This document shows, piece by piece, positions 21,801 to 31,439 of a DNA stretch of 64,000 nucleotides (the stretch's first letter is position 1; each line of letters begins with the position of its first letter). This DNA comes from an uncultured Nitrososphaerota archaeon (GTDB taxonomy: Archaea; Thermoproteota; Nitrososphaeria; Nitrososphaerales; CADDZS01): assembly GCA_963799845.1 (NCBI GenBank), contig CAWCYI010000004.1:96001-160000 (forward strand), in the 5' to 3' direction. A model generated the notes under the pieces. The model saw nothing but the letters and a program-made list of their open reading frames with translations, did not search any database and was not told where the DNA came from. Position numbers and translations under genes: made by a program.

Positions 21801-22781
21801 TCATTTTTTATTCAGCACTTCAGGATTTACAGGTGCTGGCCCCAGTTCGCCCTTCAAACCTGCGATCAAGTTTTCTGCGGCAATTATGCCCATCCTTGTT
21901 CGGGTTACCACAGAGGCGCTGGCGATGTGGGGTACGATTATCGCGTTGTCTAACTTCAGTAGCGGATGATCCGGAGGCAGGGGTTCGGGCTCTGTCACAT
22001 CCAGCCCGGCATATAGGATCTTGCCGTCCCGAAGCGCGTCGTACAATGCAATGTTGTCAACCAGCGGACCTCTTGCGGTGTTAACTAGAATAGCTGTTTT
22101 TTTCATCTTGTCTAACTCTTTCGCTCCAATCAGATGATGCGTCTGGGGAGTGAGGTTCGCGTGCATCGTAATGAAATCTGATTCGGCGAGAACCCTATCG
22201 AATTCTGCGTATTCTATTCCCAATTCTTGCTCGTACTGTTTCTGCCGAACTACATCATAATACAGGATTTTCATATTGAATCCCTTTGCGCGGCGCGCCA
22301 CCGCTGCCCCAATTCGTCCCAGACCAATGATTCCCAGCGTTGAGTTGTGTACATCTTGTCCTGTCAGTAGCATTGGCCCCCAAGTCTTCCATTTTCCGGC
22401 GCGAACGAAGCGGTCACCTTCCGCAACTCTCCGCGCCGCTGACATGATTAACGTGAAAGCAAAGTCGGCGGTGGTGTCAGTTAGGACACCGGGAGTATTC
22501 CCGACGATTATTCCCCGGTTTGTGGCCCCCACGATGTCAATGTTATCAAAACCAACAGCATAATTGCTCACAACCTTCAGCTTGGGCGCCTTATCCATCA
22601 GCTCCGCATCGACCTTGTCAGTCAAAAGAGAAAGCAGACCCTCGACATCCGAGACATTCTTGAGAAGAACATCGCGAGACGGAGGAAGTTCGCCCTTCCA
22701 AACCTCAGCCTCACAGTTCAAATTGATTCGATCCATGGCTTCTTTCGGAAGGATGCGAGTAACATAGACTTTGGGCTTCAA
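21801..22781 (-). CDS. gyaR: D-2-hydroxyacid dehydrogenase (glyoxylate/glycerate reductase)
   Basis: AVGFDNID, GLGRIG, NTARG, LDVTEPEP and PHIAS motifs. Confidence 0.9.
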   Translation of the reverse strand: MKPKVYVTRILPKEAMDRINLNCEAEVWKGELPPSRDVLLKNVSDVEGLLSLLTDKVDAELMDKAPKLKVVSNYAVGFDNIDIVGATNRGIIVGNTPGVLTDTTADFAFTLIMSAARRVAEGDRFVRAGKWKTWGPMLLTGQDVHNSTLGIIGLGRIGAAVARRAKGFNMKILYYDVVRQKQYEQELGIEYAEFDRVLAESDFITMHANLTPQTHHLIGAKELDKMKKTAILVNTARGPLVDNIALYDALRDGKILYAGLDVTEPEPLPPDHPLLKLDNAIIVPHIASASVVTRTRMGIIAAENLIAGLKGELGPAPVNPEVLNKK

Positions 22782-23000
22782 GCAATTCTCCGAACTTTCC
22801 TCAAATGTGCAAATCTAAAAAACTGAACGCATATGTCTGTATTACAATCAATCTTCGCAGGCGTATAGTGAGAGTTGTAATAAAGTACAAGATCGATCCC
22901 AAGCTGGCCGCATCAGCGATTTGGAAATGTTGGAGTCGCAGAACGTTCCGCAAAGAAAGACTAAATCGAGAGCTTTGTATCCTGATGGCGGGCTGGCATT

Positions 23001-23675
23001 TTGTCTAGAAGTCGCGCGTTGGCGATGGTTTTTGAACCGCGACTGAAGCGAGTTTTCCTCGTTGTGCTCTTCTTCCTCTCTTACTTGATCCTGTATCTCG
23101 TGCTCGTTTCCTACGCCCTCGGAAGGAGCAGTGCGTTGAGAAACCTATCGAGCAGATTCATCCCGGTCTTTAGGAACTTTGTGCCTGGCTTCAGCTATGT
23201 TGGTTTTGGGCTGCCGCTCGCGGTTGCTTTGTCCGCCACGGCTGTGCTCCTTTGGAATTCACGGTTGTCGCGGTCGAGCATCGTTGCTGATGTCGCGTCA
23301 AAGAAGTTCTGGCTGCTCGCTGCCCTTCTGTCTATAGGAGTCCGGTATCTGATCCCCGGATTTGCGTCCGGCGGTCATACGGATTTCCCATTCGCGATTC
23401 TCACGTGCGCGTACGTCGGATGGTATCTGGACAGAGGAAACCCGCGGAAGCGCATTATCCTGTCGATCGTTCTGGGTTTCGGGATTGGCATTATCAGCGA
23501 CCTCCAGTCCCAGACTTATTTTGTCGGAATATTTGGCGGATGGGGACTTGTGGATGGAGATTTGCTGGGCACGATAGCCCTTCCTCTTGCTACCGTGACT
23601 ACTTTGGTTGTACTGGGCATATTTCCGCGAAGAACAGAAAGAAAGTTCGGGCGGGCGCCGATTGCTCAAAGCTGA
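23001..23675 (+). CDS. Hypothetical multi-pass membrane protein
   Basis: About six hydrophobic segments; GIFGGWGLVDGD loop. Confidence 0.65.
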   Translation: MSRSRALAMVFEPRLKRVFLVVLFFLSYLILYLVLVSYALGRSSALRNLSSRFIPVFRNFVPGFSYVGFGLPLAVALSATAVLLWNSRLSRSSIVADVASKKFWLLAALLSIGVRYLIPGFASGGHTDFPFAILTCAYVGWYLDRGNPRKRIILSIVLGFGIGIISDLQSQTYFVGIFGGWGLVDGDLLGTIALPLATVTTLVVLGIFPRRTERKFGRAPIAQS

Positions 23676-23817
23676 ATTTTTCCCCTTCAATTTTTCTCAA
23701 AATCAGAATTTCTGATAAAGCAGGTGCCAAACACCGGCCGCATCCTCGAATGTCTCACTCGTTTTTTTCGCGACATAGTACACTTATTTCTTAAACAAAA
23801 AGAAAACATTCGGTAGT

Positions 23818-24438
23818 ATGATTGACAAGGATCAAGGCGGCTTTACATCTGAAGAGCTCCGAAGTCTCCGTCGCCTCAAAGATCCCTATGGTATCCAACG
23901 ATTTCTTTATGATTTGCCCTATCATCTGGCGAACACTGCTTGGTCGCCGAGGCTCGTTCTGCGCGAGAAAACGGCTCACTGCCTCGAAGGGGCGATCTTT
24001 GCAGCCGCAGCACTTCGAGCTAACGGTTATCCACCGCTAATTATTGATTTTGAAGCAACGCGGGATACAGATCACGTGCTGGCCGTCTATAAGACCGACG
24101 GTTGTTGGGGGGCTATCGCAAAGTCGAATTTTACGGGGCTCCGGTACCGCGAACCTGTCTACCGGTCACTACGTGAACTTGCCCTAAGCTACTTTGAGGA
24201 TTATTTCAATCTGCTAGGCGAGAGAACGCTTCGCAGATATTCAGGGCCAATAAACCTCAAGCGCTTCGACCTCTTGCACTGGATGACAACAGAAAAACCA
24301 GTCTGGTTCATACCAGAATATCTGACAAAAATTCATCATTTTCCTCTTATTTCAGAGTCTCAGATCAAACGCCTCCATAGAGTTGATGAGCGTTCGCTCC
24401 GAGCCGGACTTGTGGGGTACTCGGCAAAAAATGATTAG
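23818..24438 (+). CDS. Conserved hypothetical protein, possible transglutaminase/cysteine-protease fold
   Basis: WSPR..AHCLEGA, DHVLAVY..WGAIAKSN..GLRYREPVY; Cys/His spacing resembles papain-like folds. Confidence 0.65.
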   Translation: MIDKDQGGFTSEELRSLRRLKDPYGIQRFLYDLPYHLANTAWSPRLVLREKTAHCLEGAIFAAAALRANGYPPLIIDFEATRDTDHVLAVYKTDGCWGAIAKSNFTGLRYREPVYRSLRELALSYFEDYFNLLGERTLRRYSGPINLKRFDLLHWMTTEKPVWFIPEYLTKIHHFPLISESQIKRLHRVDERSLRAGLVGYSAKND

Positions 24439-24518
24439 GCTTCATGGAACGAGGCCAAATATGATCAGTCCGAACGATCTTTCATTTCCAGATTACTGAC
24501 GCTTCGGTAGTTCGCTTT

Positions 24519-26240
24519 GTGAAGCAGGGGGATAATGAAAATTCGTATATACTGATCAATTTTTCTCCGAAGGTCGCCCTACAGACAATGTTAGTAAAAT
24601 TAAGCTCGTCTTCTTCTTTCTCCGGAAATGTGACGATTGCGTCATGGCGGAATGCGAAACTGTTTCTCGTAGCGATGGTTCTCCTGTTTTCAGGTCTGGT
24701 TTCTCTAACACTTTCGGTCAGCGCCTCGAACGGTCACTCAACTGCCGCGGTCGACGCTCCTTGGGCGTATCAAAATCAGAATCAGCAGAACACTGGCTAC
24801 AGTCCCCAGACTGAAATCACTTCTTCCAACGTCGGAGAACTTTCGATGGTCTGGTCGACTGCTATAGGAGGTTTGAGCGGAACTCCCGTTGTTGTAAATG
24901 GCATAGTCTACGTGACGGGATCGAACTCAATCTGGGCTGTCAACGAGATGACCGGAAAAATCATCTGGGTGGACGGCCCGAAGACAGGCCTTGCAAAGTA
25001 CAAATTCATGACGAGAGCTGGCGTCACCGTTGATAGCGGCGATTTATTTGCTGCGACGACGACAAACTTGCTTCTATCCCTTAACGCTGCCACAGGCGCG
25101 TTGAAGTGGAAGGCATCAGTCTCGAAGGGAGTTGTGGGAAATCTCGTTGCCTACAAGGGAACGCAGGAGACACCGCTCGTATACGATGGGCGCGTAATTG
25201 TCGGAGAGAATTCAGGTGATGCGGGATCACGCGGGATCGTTCGCGCTTTCAACGAGGCAAACGGCAAGTTATTGTGGACGTTCTACACTGTGCCACCGGG
25301 GCCGATAACATCGTCAAACCAAGCGGGTTATCAAAACTCGGGTGGCACAAACTCGTGGGGAACCAACGGGACTTCTGGGTGCATGTGTGCAGGAGGAGCG
25401 GTCTGGAACGTACCCGCCGTCGATCCAAAAACCGGCATGATTTACTTTGGCACCGGTAATCCTTCCCCGGATTCCAGCAGCAGCGACACCGCGAGAACCC
25501 CGGTTTATCCCAGCGCTGTTTACAACAATCTGTACACGGACAGTATCATCGCGCTGAACTCCGCAACCGGGAAGCTTGTCTGGTATTTCCAAGAGGTTCC
25601 CGGCGATCAGCGTGACTACGATCAAGGAATGCCGATTCAACTTTTCAACACGACAATTAATGGCCTTCAAACAGAAGTCGCGGGTGCGGGTGGGAAAATA
25701 GGATACTACTTTGTAGTAAACGCGCACACTGGCGCTTTCATCTACAAAGTAAAGCTAGGTATACACATGAACGACAATTCTACCGAGGGAGCTTACCCGT
25801 CGTCGGAAATCATTCCTGGCACGGATGGAGGAGTGGATAGCTTTTCGTCGTACAATCCTCTGAGCAATATGATCTATGTGATGGCCTTCAACGAGCCTTC
25901 CGACTGCAACATCGGAACGACGTGCCCAGTCCCTCGAAATTCAACGCTTTATGGCATCGACGCATCTAACGGTGCGGTAACTTGGACCATGAATATGTTA
26001 GGCATGGGTGGTGGAGCATCCAGTACAAATGATCTCGTGTTTACTGCGGACGGTAATCACAACTTTTATGCACTGAATGCGCTAACCGGCGCGATTCTTT
26101 GGACTCACAGTGATCCGAGCGGTGGAACCGCCGGAGTTGTCTATTGGTCGTGGGGGCCACCGTCCATCACAAATGGGATGGTGTTTGAAACGACGATGGG
26201 TACCTCCACCACTGGATTCCTCGAAGCATACGCCACCTAA
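24519..26240 (+). CDS. Secreted PQQ-dependent dehydrogenase-like beta-propeller protein
   Basis: Signal/TM helix; repeated AxxAxTGxxxW docking motifs; GGAVW, GTGNPSP, NLYTDSIIAL and WYFQ..DQRDYD. Confidence 0.88.
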   Translation: MKQGDNENSYILINFSPKVALQTMLVKLSSSSSFSGNVTIASWRNAKLFLVAMVLLFSGLVSLTLSVSASNGHSTAAVDAPWAYQNQNQQNTGYSPQTEITSSNVGELSMVWSTAIGGLSGTPVVVNGIVYVTGSNSIWAVNEMTGKIIWVDGPKTGLAKYKFMTRAGVTVDSGDLFAATTTNLLLSLNAATGALKWKASVSKGVVGNLVAYKGTQETPLVYDGRVIVGENSGDAGSRGIVRAFNEANGKLLWTFYTVPPGPITSSNQAGYQNSGGTNSWGTNGTSGCMCAGGAVWNVPAVDPKTGMIYFGTGNPSPDSSSSDTARTPVYPSAVYNNLYTDSIIALNSATGKLVWYFQEVPGDQRDYDQGMPIQLFNTTINGLQTEVAGAGGKIGYYFVVNAHTGAFIYKVKLGIHMNDNSTEGAYPSSEIIPGTDGGVDSFSSYNPLSNMIYVMAFNEPSDCNIGTTCPVPRNSTLYGIDASNGAVTWTMNMLGMGGGASSTNDLVFTADGNHNFYALNALTGAILWTHSDPSGGTAGVVYWSWGPPSITNGMVFETTMGTSTTGFLEAYAT

Positions 26241-26395
26241 GAATAAGATATGCGACCGTTATTCCTCTCTTCGGTTTAAGCTATCGTCAGGGATAAAAAA
26301 GGAAGAATTAGTTTATGGAAAAACAGCTATTCGCAAAGAATGTTCCAAAAATGACCTAGAAAAATTTGCACAGTTCTCTTTTGCCTAAGAGGTAC

Positions 26396-27610
26396 TTAGG
26401 GAACTTGTTTAGTTAGCGTTTGCTTAGCCCGCGCGCTCGAGTATAACGCCAAGATCAACACCGTAAAAAAAGCATATGGCAATGTTACCGTGAGGAGGAG
26501 AGGTCCAGCGGTGACTGTTTTTCCAAATAGGCCAGCAGCGATGACGGGACCAAGGACAGCTCCAACAAACGCAACGGTCTGAACAAAACTGACTGCACTG
26601 CCCCGGCTGTATTCGGGGACGTTCACTTGCGCAACTGCTGATAAGATTCCCCAGAATGAATTCATAAAAAATCCGACGACGAACATTAGTAAAATTGCCG
26701 CTTCGAGATTTGTCACAGAATAAAGTGCAATTGTCAAGAGGGTCGTCGCTGCTCCACCAATAATAGCGGTGATCTTCCCCCCGATCTTGTCATAGAGCAA
26801 CCCCAGAGTTATGATCCCGAGACCTCCGATCCCGACAGCCACGCCGAAGAAAAAATCGATTGGGACAAGCGCGGCTTGGTTCAGGCTGAATCTATCTCCA
26901 AAATATTGAACAGTGTAAGTGATGTAAGCGAGGAAGCCAAAATCGGCTAGCAGCATCGAAATTGCCACGACGATAATATTCCTGTTAGAAATCAAGTTCC
27001 TGAACTCCCGGGAGAAAGTCACAGAAGTGTCTCTAATCGGTGTCCTGAATTCCGATAGACTCGATTGAAAGATGATTGTAAAAATGATCCCGATCAATCC
27101 CATCGCGAAAAAAGGATACTGCCAGCCCAGATAATTCAGAAGAACTCCGGAGAGCGTAGGCCCGATGAAACCGCCAAGGTTGTAAGAGGAGCTGACAAAA
27201 CCTATCGCGGTTCCCTTCCGCTTCGGAAACATCGCAGCCGCGATCGAGTATGTCGGAGTGGTCATCAGCCCGCCGCCTAGTCCGCTGAACACGAAAAGAG
27301 GAGCAAACAAGGCAAAGTTCCTGATCAGGGCGCTCGCACCGAGCGGAATGGAGAAAATTATCAAGCCCAGAAATACGGTCTTCTGTTCACCCAACTTTGA
27401 GACGAGATACCCGGCTAGACCTGTCCCTATCCCGACAAATGCAGTCGAGGCAGAGACAAGGGTACCGCTGGCGGCTACTGAGATCGAAAAAGTATTCTGA
27501 ATGCTAGGGAGCAGAGGCCCTACTGAGAATCGGAAAAGAGAGTAGACGAGGATCGGAAGAAGAACCGCAATAAAGCGAATTGGATTTCTTTTTCGCTCTA
27601 CAACGGCCAA
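26396..27610 (-). CDS. MFS transporter
   Basis: About 12 TM helices; GYLVSKLGEQ and GLLYDKIGGK motif-A-like loops. Confidence 0.9.
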   Translation of the reverse strand: MAVVERKRNPIRFIAVLLPILVYSLFRFSVGPLLPSIQNTFSISVAASGTLVSASTAFVGIGTGLAGYLVSKLGEQKTVFLGLIIFSIPLGASALIRNFALFAPLFVFSGLGGGLMTTPTYSIAAAMFPKRKGTAIGFVSSSYNLGGFIGPTLSGVLLNYLGWQYPFFAMGLIGIIFTIIFQSSLSEFRTPIRDTSVTFSREFRNLISNRNIIVVAISMLLADFGFLAYITYTVQYFGDRFSLNQAALVPIDFFFGVAVGIGGLGIITLGLLYDKIGGKITAIIGGAATTLLTIALYSVTNLEAAILLMFVVGFFMNSFWGILSAVAQVNVPEYSRGSAVSFVQTVAFVGAVLGPVIAAGLFGKTVTAGPLLLTVTLPYAFFTVLILALYSSARAKQTLTKQVP

Positions 27611-27838
27611 AGAGACACAACTAGATCCGAAGAAGCTTACTTAGATTCGGCTTTCAAGTGGCTGACGAAATTTAAGCCTTGTTGCGCTTCGATAAAACCA
27701 CGAAAGGGGAACATCCATGCTACGAAGAATCCAAAAACAAGCTCAGCGATCAGATTAGACCTCTTGCCCTATCGATGGAAAATCCTGTCCGGGCATATGT
27801 TTTTTTCTCAACTGGCTCACAGCCGCATCTTTTAGTAT

Positions 27839-28186
27839 ATGAGATTGGAAGATCAGATAGTGTCATTCGCTGACGATAAAGGCTTCAACGGCAAGATCTC
27901 CGAATGTATCGAGAAAGCCCTCGATTCTCTCGGTGAAGGTGTGAAGCAATCATTTTTTCACCAAATCATCGAGAAATATCATCTGCCAAGAGAACAGTTT
28001 GCAAGTAGACCTGCTGAGATTATCGAGCATCTTGAGGAAATTCTCGGGCCGACGGGGTCGGCGGTAGTAGAGCGGCTGATCGTGAGAGAAATCCGAAATA
28101 AATTTGGTCTCGAATTCAGGGGCAACATGAAATTGTCTGTGGTTATCCAAGAGGCTCGAAGTAAATTTCTGGATGTTGCGGATTAG
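27839..28186 (+). CDS. Small archaeal helical-domain protein (DUF3227/'output domain'-like)
   Basis: IEKALDSLGE..P..LEEILG..GSAVVERLIVREI pattern. Confidence 0.65.
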   Translation: MRLEDQIVSFADDKGFNGKISECIEKALDSLGEGVKQSFFHQIIEKYHLPREQFASRPAEIIEHLEEILGPTGSAVVERLIVREIRNKFGLEFRGNMKLSVVIQEARSKFLDVAD

Positions 28187-28298
28187 AGGATTCTTTTCCT
28201 GGATTTTTCCATATTCATCTTGATAACGTCCGAAGGCAATCATGTAAATCTGGGCGAAGCTCATTCTTCCCAGTCATTTCAGGAGAAAAAATTCAATC

Positions 28299-28665
28299 CT
28301 ATTCTCTCTGATAATTCTGAGTCGGAATGCTAGATTCGATATCCCGGGAAGAATCTTTGTTATCAAGTCGCCATACATTATGTTGAGCCCTGAATCCCAG
28401 GATCAGAAATACTATTCCAATAAAGCGGAATATCGCTCCAATGTCGAGTAGGAGAGACCCAAACGCAGGGGATGCTATCCCTGCTGCTAGAAATGGAATC
28501 TGAGCTGAGTACTAGGATGACCGCACCCTCGGTTACTTTTTTCCAGCCTTTCTCCAGAATTCCTTTTCTAAAAGTTGCGAGCAGTTGTACAGTATAGAAT
28601 CCGAAGATCGAGAGCACAACGACACCTAAAATTTCGATTGATAGTTGGACGTAATCAATAGTCAA
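28299..28665 (-). CDS. Three-TM hypothetical protein; one extra base at ~28507
   Basis: Removing one base gives 121 aa continuing ..VILVLAQIPFLAAG..FRFIGIVFLILGFRAQHNVW.. Confidence 0.7.
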
Positions 28666-28982
28666 TTTGCGAATCGAATACCTTCCTCAACAGGTCAGCA
28701 TTCCTGTTTCTCCACTTATTCTGATAGGAGCACCGATCTGGATTTCTGCTAGAACCAGATGCGAGGATGGTTTGAAGATTTGGCTCTATCATCGAAAACT
28801 CGTGAAAGGAAGATACCTGTAGCTCGGCCGAGAAGTCGGAGTAATTTCAGATTCCGTGGTCACTTACACCCAGTCCGCGGCGATCACGTCATGTTCGACT
28901 CGACATGGTGATTAGAGCCAATCGAAAACGCGATGCAAGGCCCAAAGCAAAGAGAAAACTAAGCGTTTTACGAAACCGAGAG

Positions 28983-29180
28983 AGTTTACGAGGATTTATT
29001 GTTAATCGTTCTTTATATTTGAGTTCCCATTGATTCATTAAGAAAAAAATTTTCTGCGTTTCTGCGCACGTGAGCACTTCTTGGCCGAAGAGCTACGTTC
29101 AAAGCTCTGTTAGCTCAGAAGAGCTTGAAACGAGCTGAACGGAGCTCAGAGAGCTCGAAACGCATTGAACGAAGCTTTAA
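28983..29180. repeat. Dispersed non-coding element, copy 1 (AT-rich core plus phased AGCT array)
   Basis: Reverse complement of 56241-56471; core 28983-29045 matches 56409-56471 at 60/63 nt. Confidence 0.9.
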
Positions 29181-29308
29181 AATTTCGCATATTTTCTTGC
29201 GGGTCGAAACCGCGCCCGGCTAACGAATCTAAAATACTGTCAAACCTTCGTGACATAAATTATCGTAGGAGATAAGAAAGATTAAACTCAAAGACGTTTG
29301 ATAAAGAA

Positions 29309-29324
29309 CAGGCTGAACAGCCTG
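29309..29324 (-). terminator. Small hairpin downstream of rps30e
   Basis: CAGGCTG-AA-CAGCCTG followed on the minus strand by TTCTTT. Confidence 0.3.
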
Positions 29325-29356
29325 CAAAATGTAAAGGAGAATGATTTGATTTGAAA

Positions 29357-29524
29357 CTAAACGTTGATCCAGTTCTGACCGGGCTTTCTCTTCTCCTCGT
29401 ATCTTTTTATGAAAGTCCTTCTGTTGCGTGACTTTGGAATAGGGCCCACTCTGACTCTTCCCTGAATCTTCGGAGTCTGAGACCTAACCTTACCAGCTTT
29501 AGTCAGCGAACCGTGAGTTGGCAA
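29357..29524 (-). CDS. rps30e: 30S ribosomal protein S30e (not in the ORF track)
   Basis: TTG start; MPTHGSLTKAGKVRSQTPKIQGR..., 55 aa. Confidence 0.95.
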   Translation of the reverse strand: MPTHGSLTKAGKVRSQTPKIQGRVRVGPIPKSRNRRTFIKRYEEKRKPGQNWINV

Positions 29525-29598
29525 CTAGATTTACCTAAAGATGCAACTATGCAACATCGGCTATAAGCGTTATCTTTCTCACAGGGATTGCACATCCA

Positions 29599-30423
29599 TC
29601 ACGATTTTGGAACCAGAGCTCCGGTCTTGTCTCTCTCGTATTTTCCAAACTCGTTTGAGATTCTGGAAAGCAGAGCGATGTCTAACACTGGACCGTCCCG
29701 ACAGAGTACAAGATCTTGAATGCAACAGCTCCCGCAGATTGCAATCCCGCACTTCATTATTCTTTCAAGACTGAATTGAACAGGAATCGAATTATCCTTC
29801 GCAATCTGGTAAATCTGAAACATCATTCTTTCAGGACCGCAGGCGTATATCATATCAAAATCAAATCTTTCCACCAGCTCCTGTACCTTTTCATGGGCGA
29901 AGCCTCTGAAACCAAGAGAGCCGTCGTCGGTAGACGGGTAAACATTCTCAGAGCCAAGCAAACGTTTCATCAGCTGCAAGAACGGAAGTTCTTCCCGGGT
30001 CCTTGCACCGATGACTACTCTCGCATCCAGCGACTTAGTATCGGCAATCTGGCTTGCAAGTTTCATGACAGACGCAATTCCTGTTCCTCCCCCGACAAGG
30101 AGAGCTCTCCGTGTTTTCTTCGGTACCGAAAAGGCGGTTCCATATGGCCCTCGCACACCAATTAGATCTCCCTTCTTGACGTTGTACAACTCTCGCGATC
30201 CAGATCCCATCGCTTTGACGACGATGCTCGATCTATTTCCATAAGTGAGGGAAAGGCTCATGGGAAATTCTCCAACCCCTGGCAACCAGATCATAGCAAA
30301 CTGTCCCGGAGCTGACGAAAGAGAGAACTTGTCTTCAAAGACTAACGTGCGGATGTTGCTCGAATTCTGAACGGTTCTCTCGATCTTTGTTACTCTTACA
30401 GAATCAATTGTGCGCATCGCCAA
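29599..30423 (-). CDS. pyrK: Dihydroorotate dehydrogenase electron transfer subunit
   Basis: RGPYG, GGGTG, ACGP and MKCGIAICGSC..LCRDGPV 2Fe-2S motif. Confidence 0.94.
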   Translation of the reverse strand: MAMRTIDSVRVTKIERTVQNSSNIRTLVFEDKFSLSSAPGQFAMIWLPGVGEFPMSLSLTYGNRSSIVVKAMGSGSRELYNVKKGDLIGVRGPYGTAFSVPKKTRRALLVGGGTGIASVMKLASQIADTKSLDARVVIGARTREELPFLQLMKRLLGSENVYPSTDDGSLGFRGFAHEKVQELVERFDFDMIYACGPERMMFQIYQIAKDNSIPVQFSLERIMKCGIAICGSCCIQDLVLCRDGPVLDIALLSRISNEFGKYERDKTGALVPKS

Positions 30424-31363
30424 TCATCCCGTCCAAACTGGTGTACCCGTTATTCCGCATGTAAGAAGAGATCCCGTCGTTGATATTTTCGAACGTCTTG
30501 AGAAACTCGCCCGACATGGCGCTTCCAATCTGAATGCAGCGAGCTCCCGCAAGAAAATACTCTACAGCATGGGACCAATCAGAGACTCCTCCAACTCCAA
30601 TAATCGGTATGCTAATCGAGTCATAGAGTTCGTATACAGCCCGAACGCCGATTGGTCTAATCGCGCTGCCAGAGAGGCCTCCGATCTTGTTCGACAGTAT
30701 TGGTCGGCGGGATCGGATGTCGATTGACATTGCTCTAACAGTGTTGATCGCAACAATCGCGTCAGCTCCAGATCTCTCAATTTCCCTTCCCCAAGCAGGT
30801 ACGTTCATGATGCTTGCCGGCATTTTCACAAGGACAGGCTTGTCTGTCACATCCTTGAGGGCTGAAATGACCTTTCCTGATAGTTTCAAATCGCCTCCGA
30901 TTTCAGAGCCAACGTCTTTTACGTGGGGACACGAGAGATTAAGCTCGAACGCGAGGAATTCACCTCCATCCAGCGCGCTCGCTACTCTCGCAAAGTTCTC
31001 GGGGCAATCTGCAAAGATACTGATTATCAAAGGGGTTCTACCGGAATCTGACTTGTTGAACCCTTCGAGTTCTCGAGCGAAGATCTCTACGCCCGGATTT
31101 GCAAGTCCGATTGCGTTCAGATACCCGGATTCAACTCCGGTCATCGTAGGATTTCTGTAGCCTTCTCTCGGTTCAACCCCGATTGATTTAGTGACGATGG
31201 CCCCGCAGCCGCTGGAAATAATCCTAGGAAATAGTTCGAAAGATATTCCCAAAACTCCCGACGCAAGCATCGTCGGAGAATCAAGACGGAACCCGCAAAA
31301 CTCGACAGATAATTGCGAGCGATTTTTTTTACGATGAAAGGAAGTCTTGGAACGTTCTTCCAC
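30404..31363 (-). CDS. pyrD: Dihydroorotate dehydrogenase 1B catalytic subunit
   Basis: NAIGLANPG, ELNLSCPH and GGLSG motifs. Confidence 0.95.
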   Translation of the reverse strand: MEERSKTSFHRKKNRSQLSVEFCGFRLDSPTMLASGVLGISFELFPRIISSGCGAIVTKSIGVEPREGYRNPTMTGVESGYLNAIGLANPGVEIFARELEGFNKSDSGRTPLIISIFADCPENFARVASALDGGEFLAFELNLSCPHVKDVGSEIGGDLKLSGKVISALKDVTDKPVLVKMPASIMNVPAWGREIERSGADAIVAINTVRAMSIDIRSRRPILSNKIGGLSGSAIRPIGVRAVYELYDSISIPIIGVGGVSDWSHAVEYFLAGARCIQIGSAMSGEFLKTFENINDGISSYMRNNGYTSLDGMIGDAHN

Positions 31364-31439
31364 TTTCAGACCTGATCTATCACAAATTCACCAAACCCTT
31401 TAAGACTGACGGTGAAAACGTCCAATCCAGAAGATTTCT

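Noticed and set aside
28889-29077. Shared peptide MNQWE..YKERL.INPRKL in ORFs 28889..29077(-) and 56347..56562(+) as a small-protein or toxin family
   Set aside because: All three core nucleotide differences are non-synonymous and similarity stops abruptly mid-ORF; better explained as translation of a conserved non-coding element
29091-29176. CRISPR array or archaeal ORB origin
   Set aside because: Unit is ~10 bp with no spacers; no ORB/G-string consensus recognised; no cas or cdc6 gene in the window
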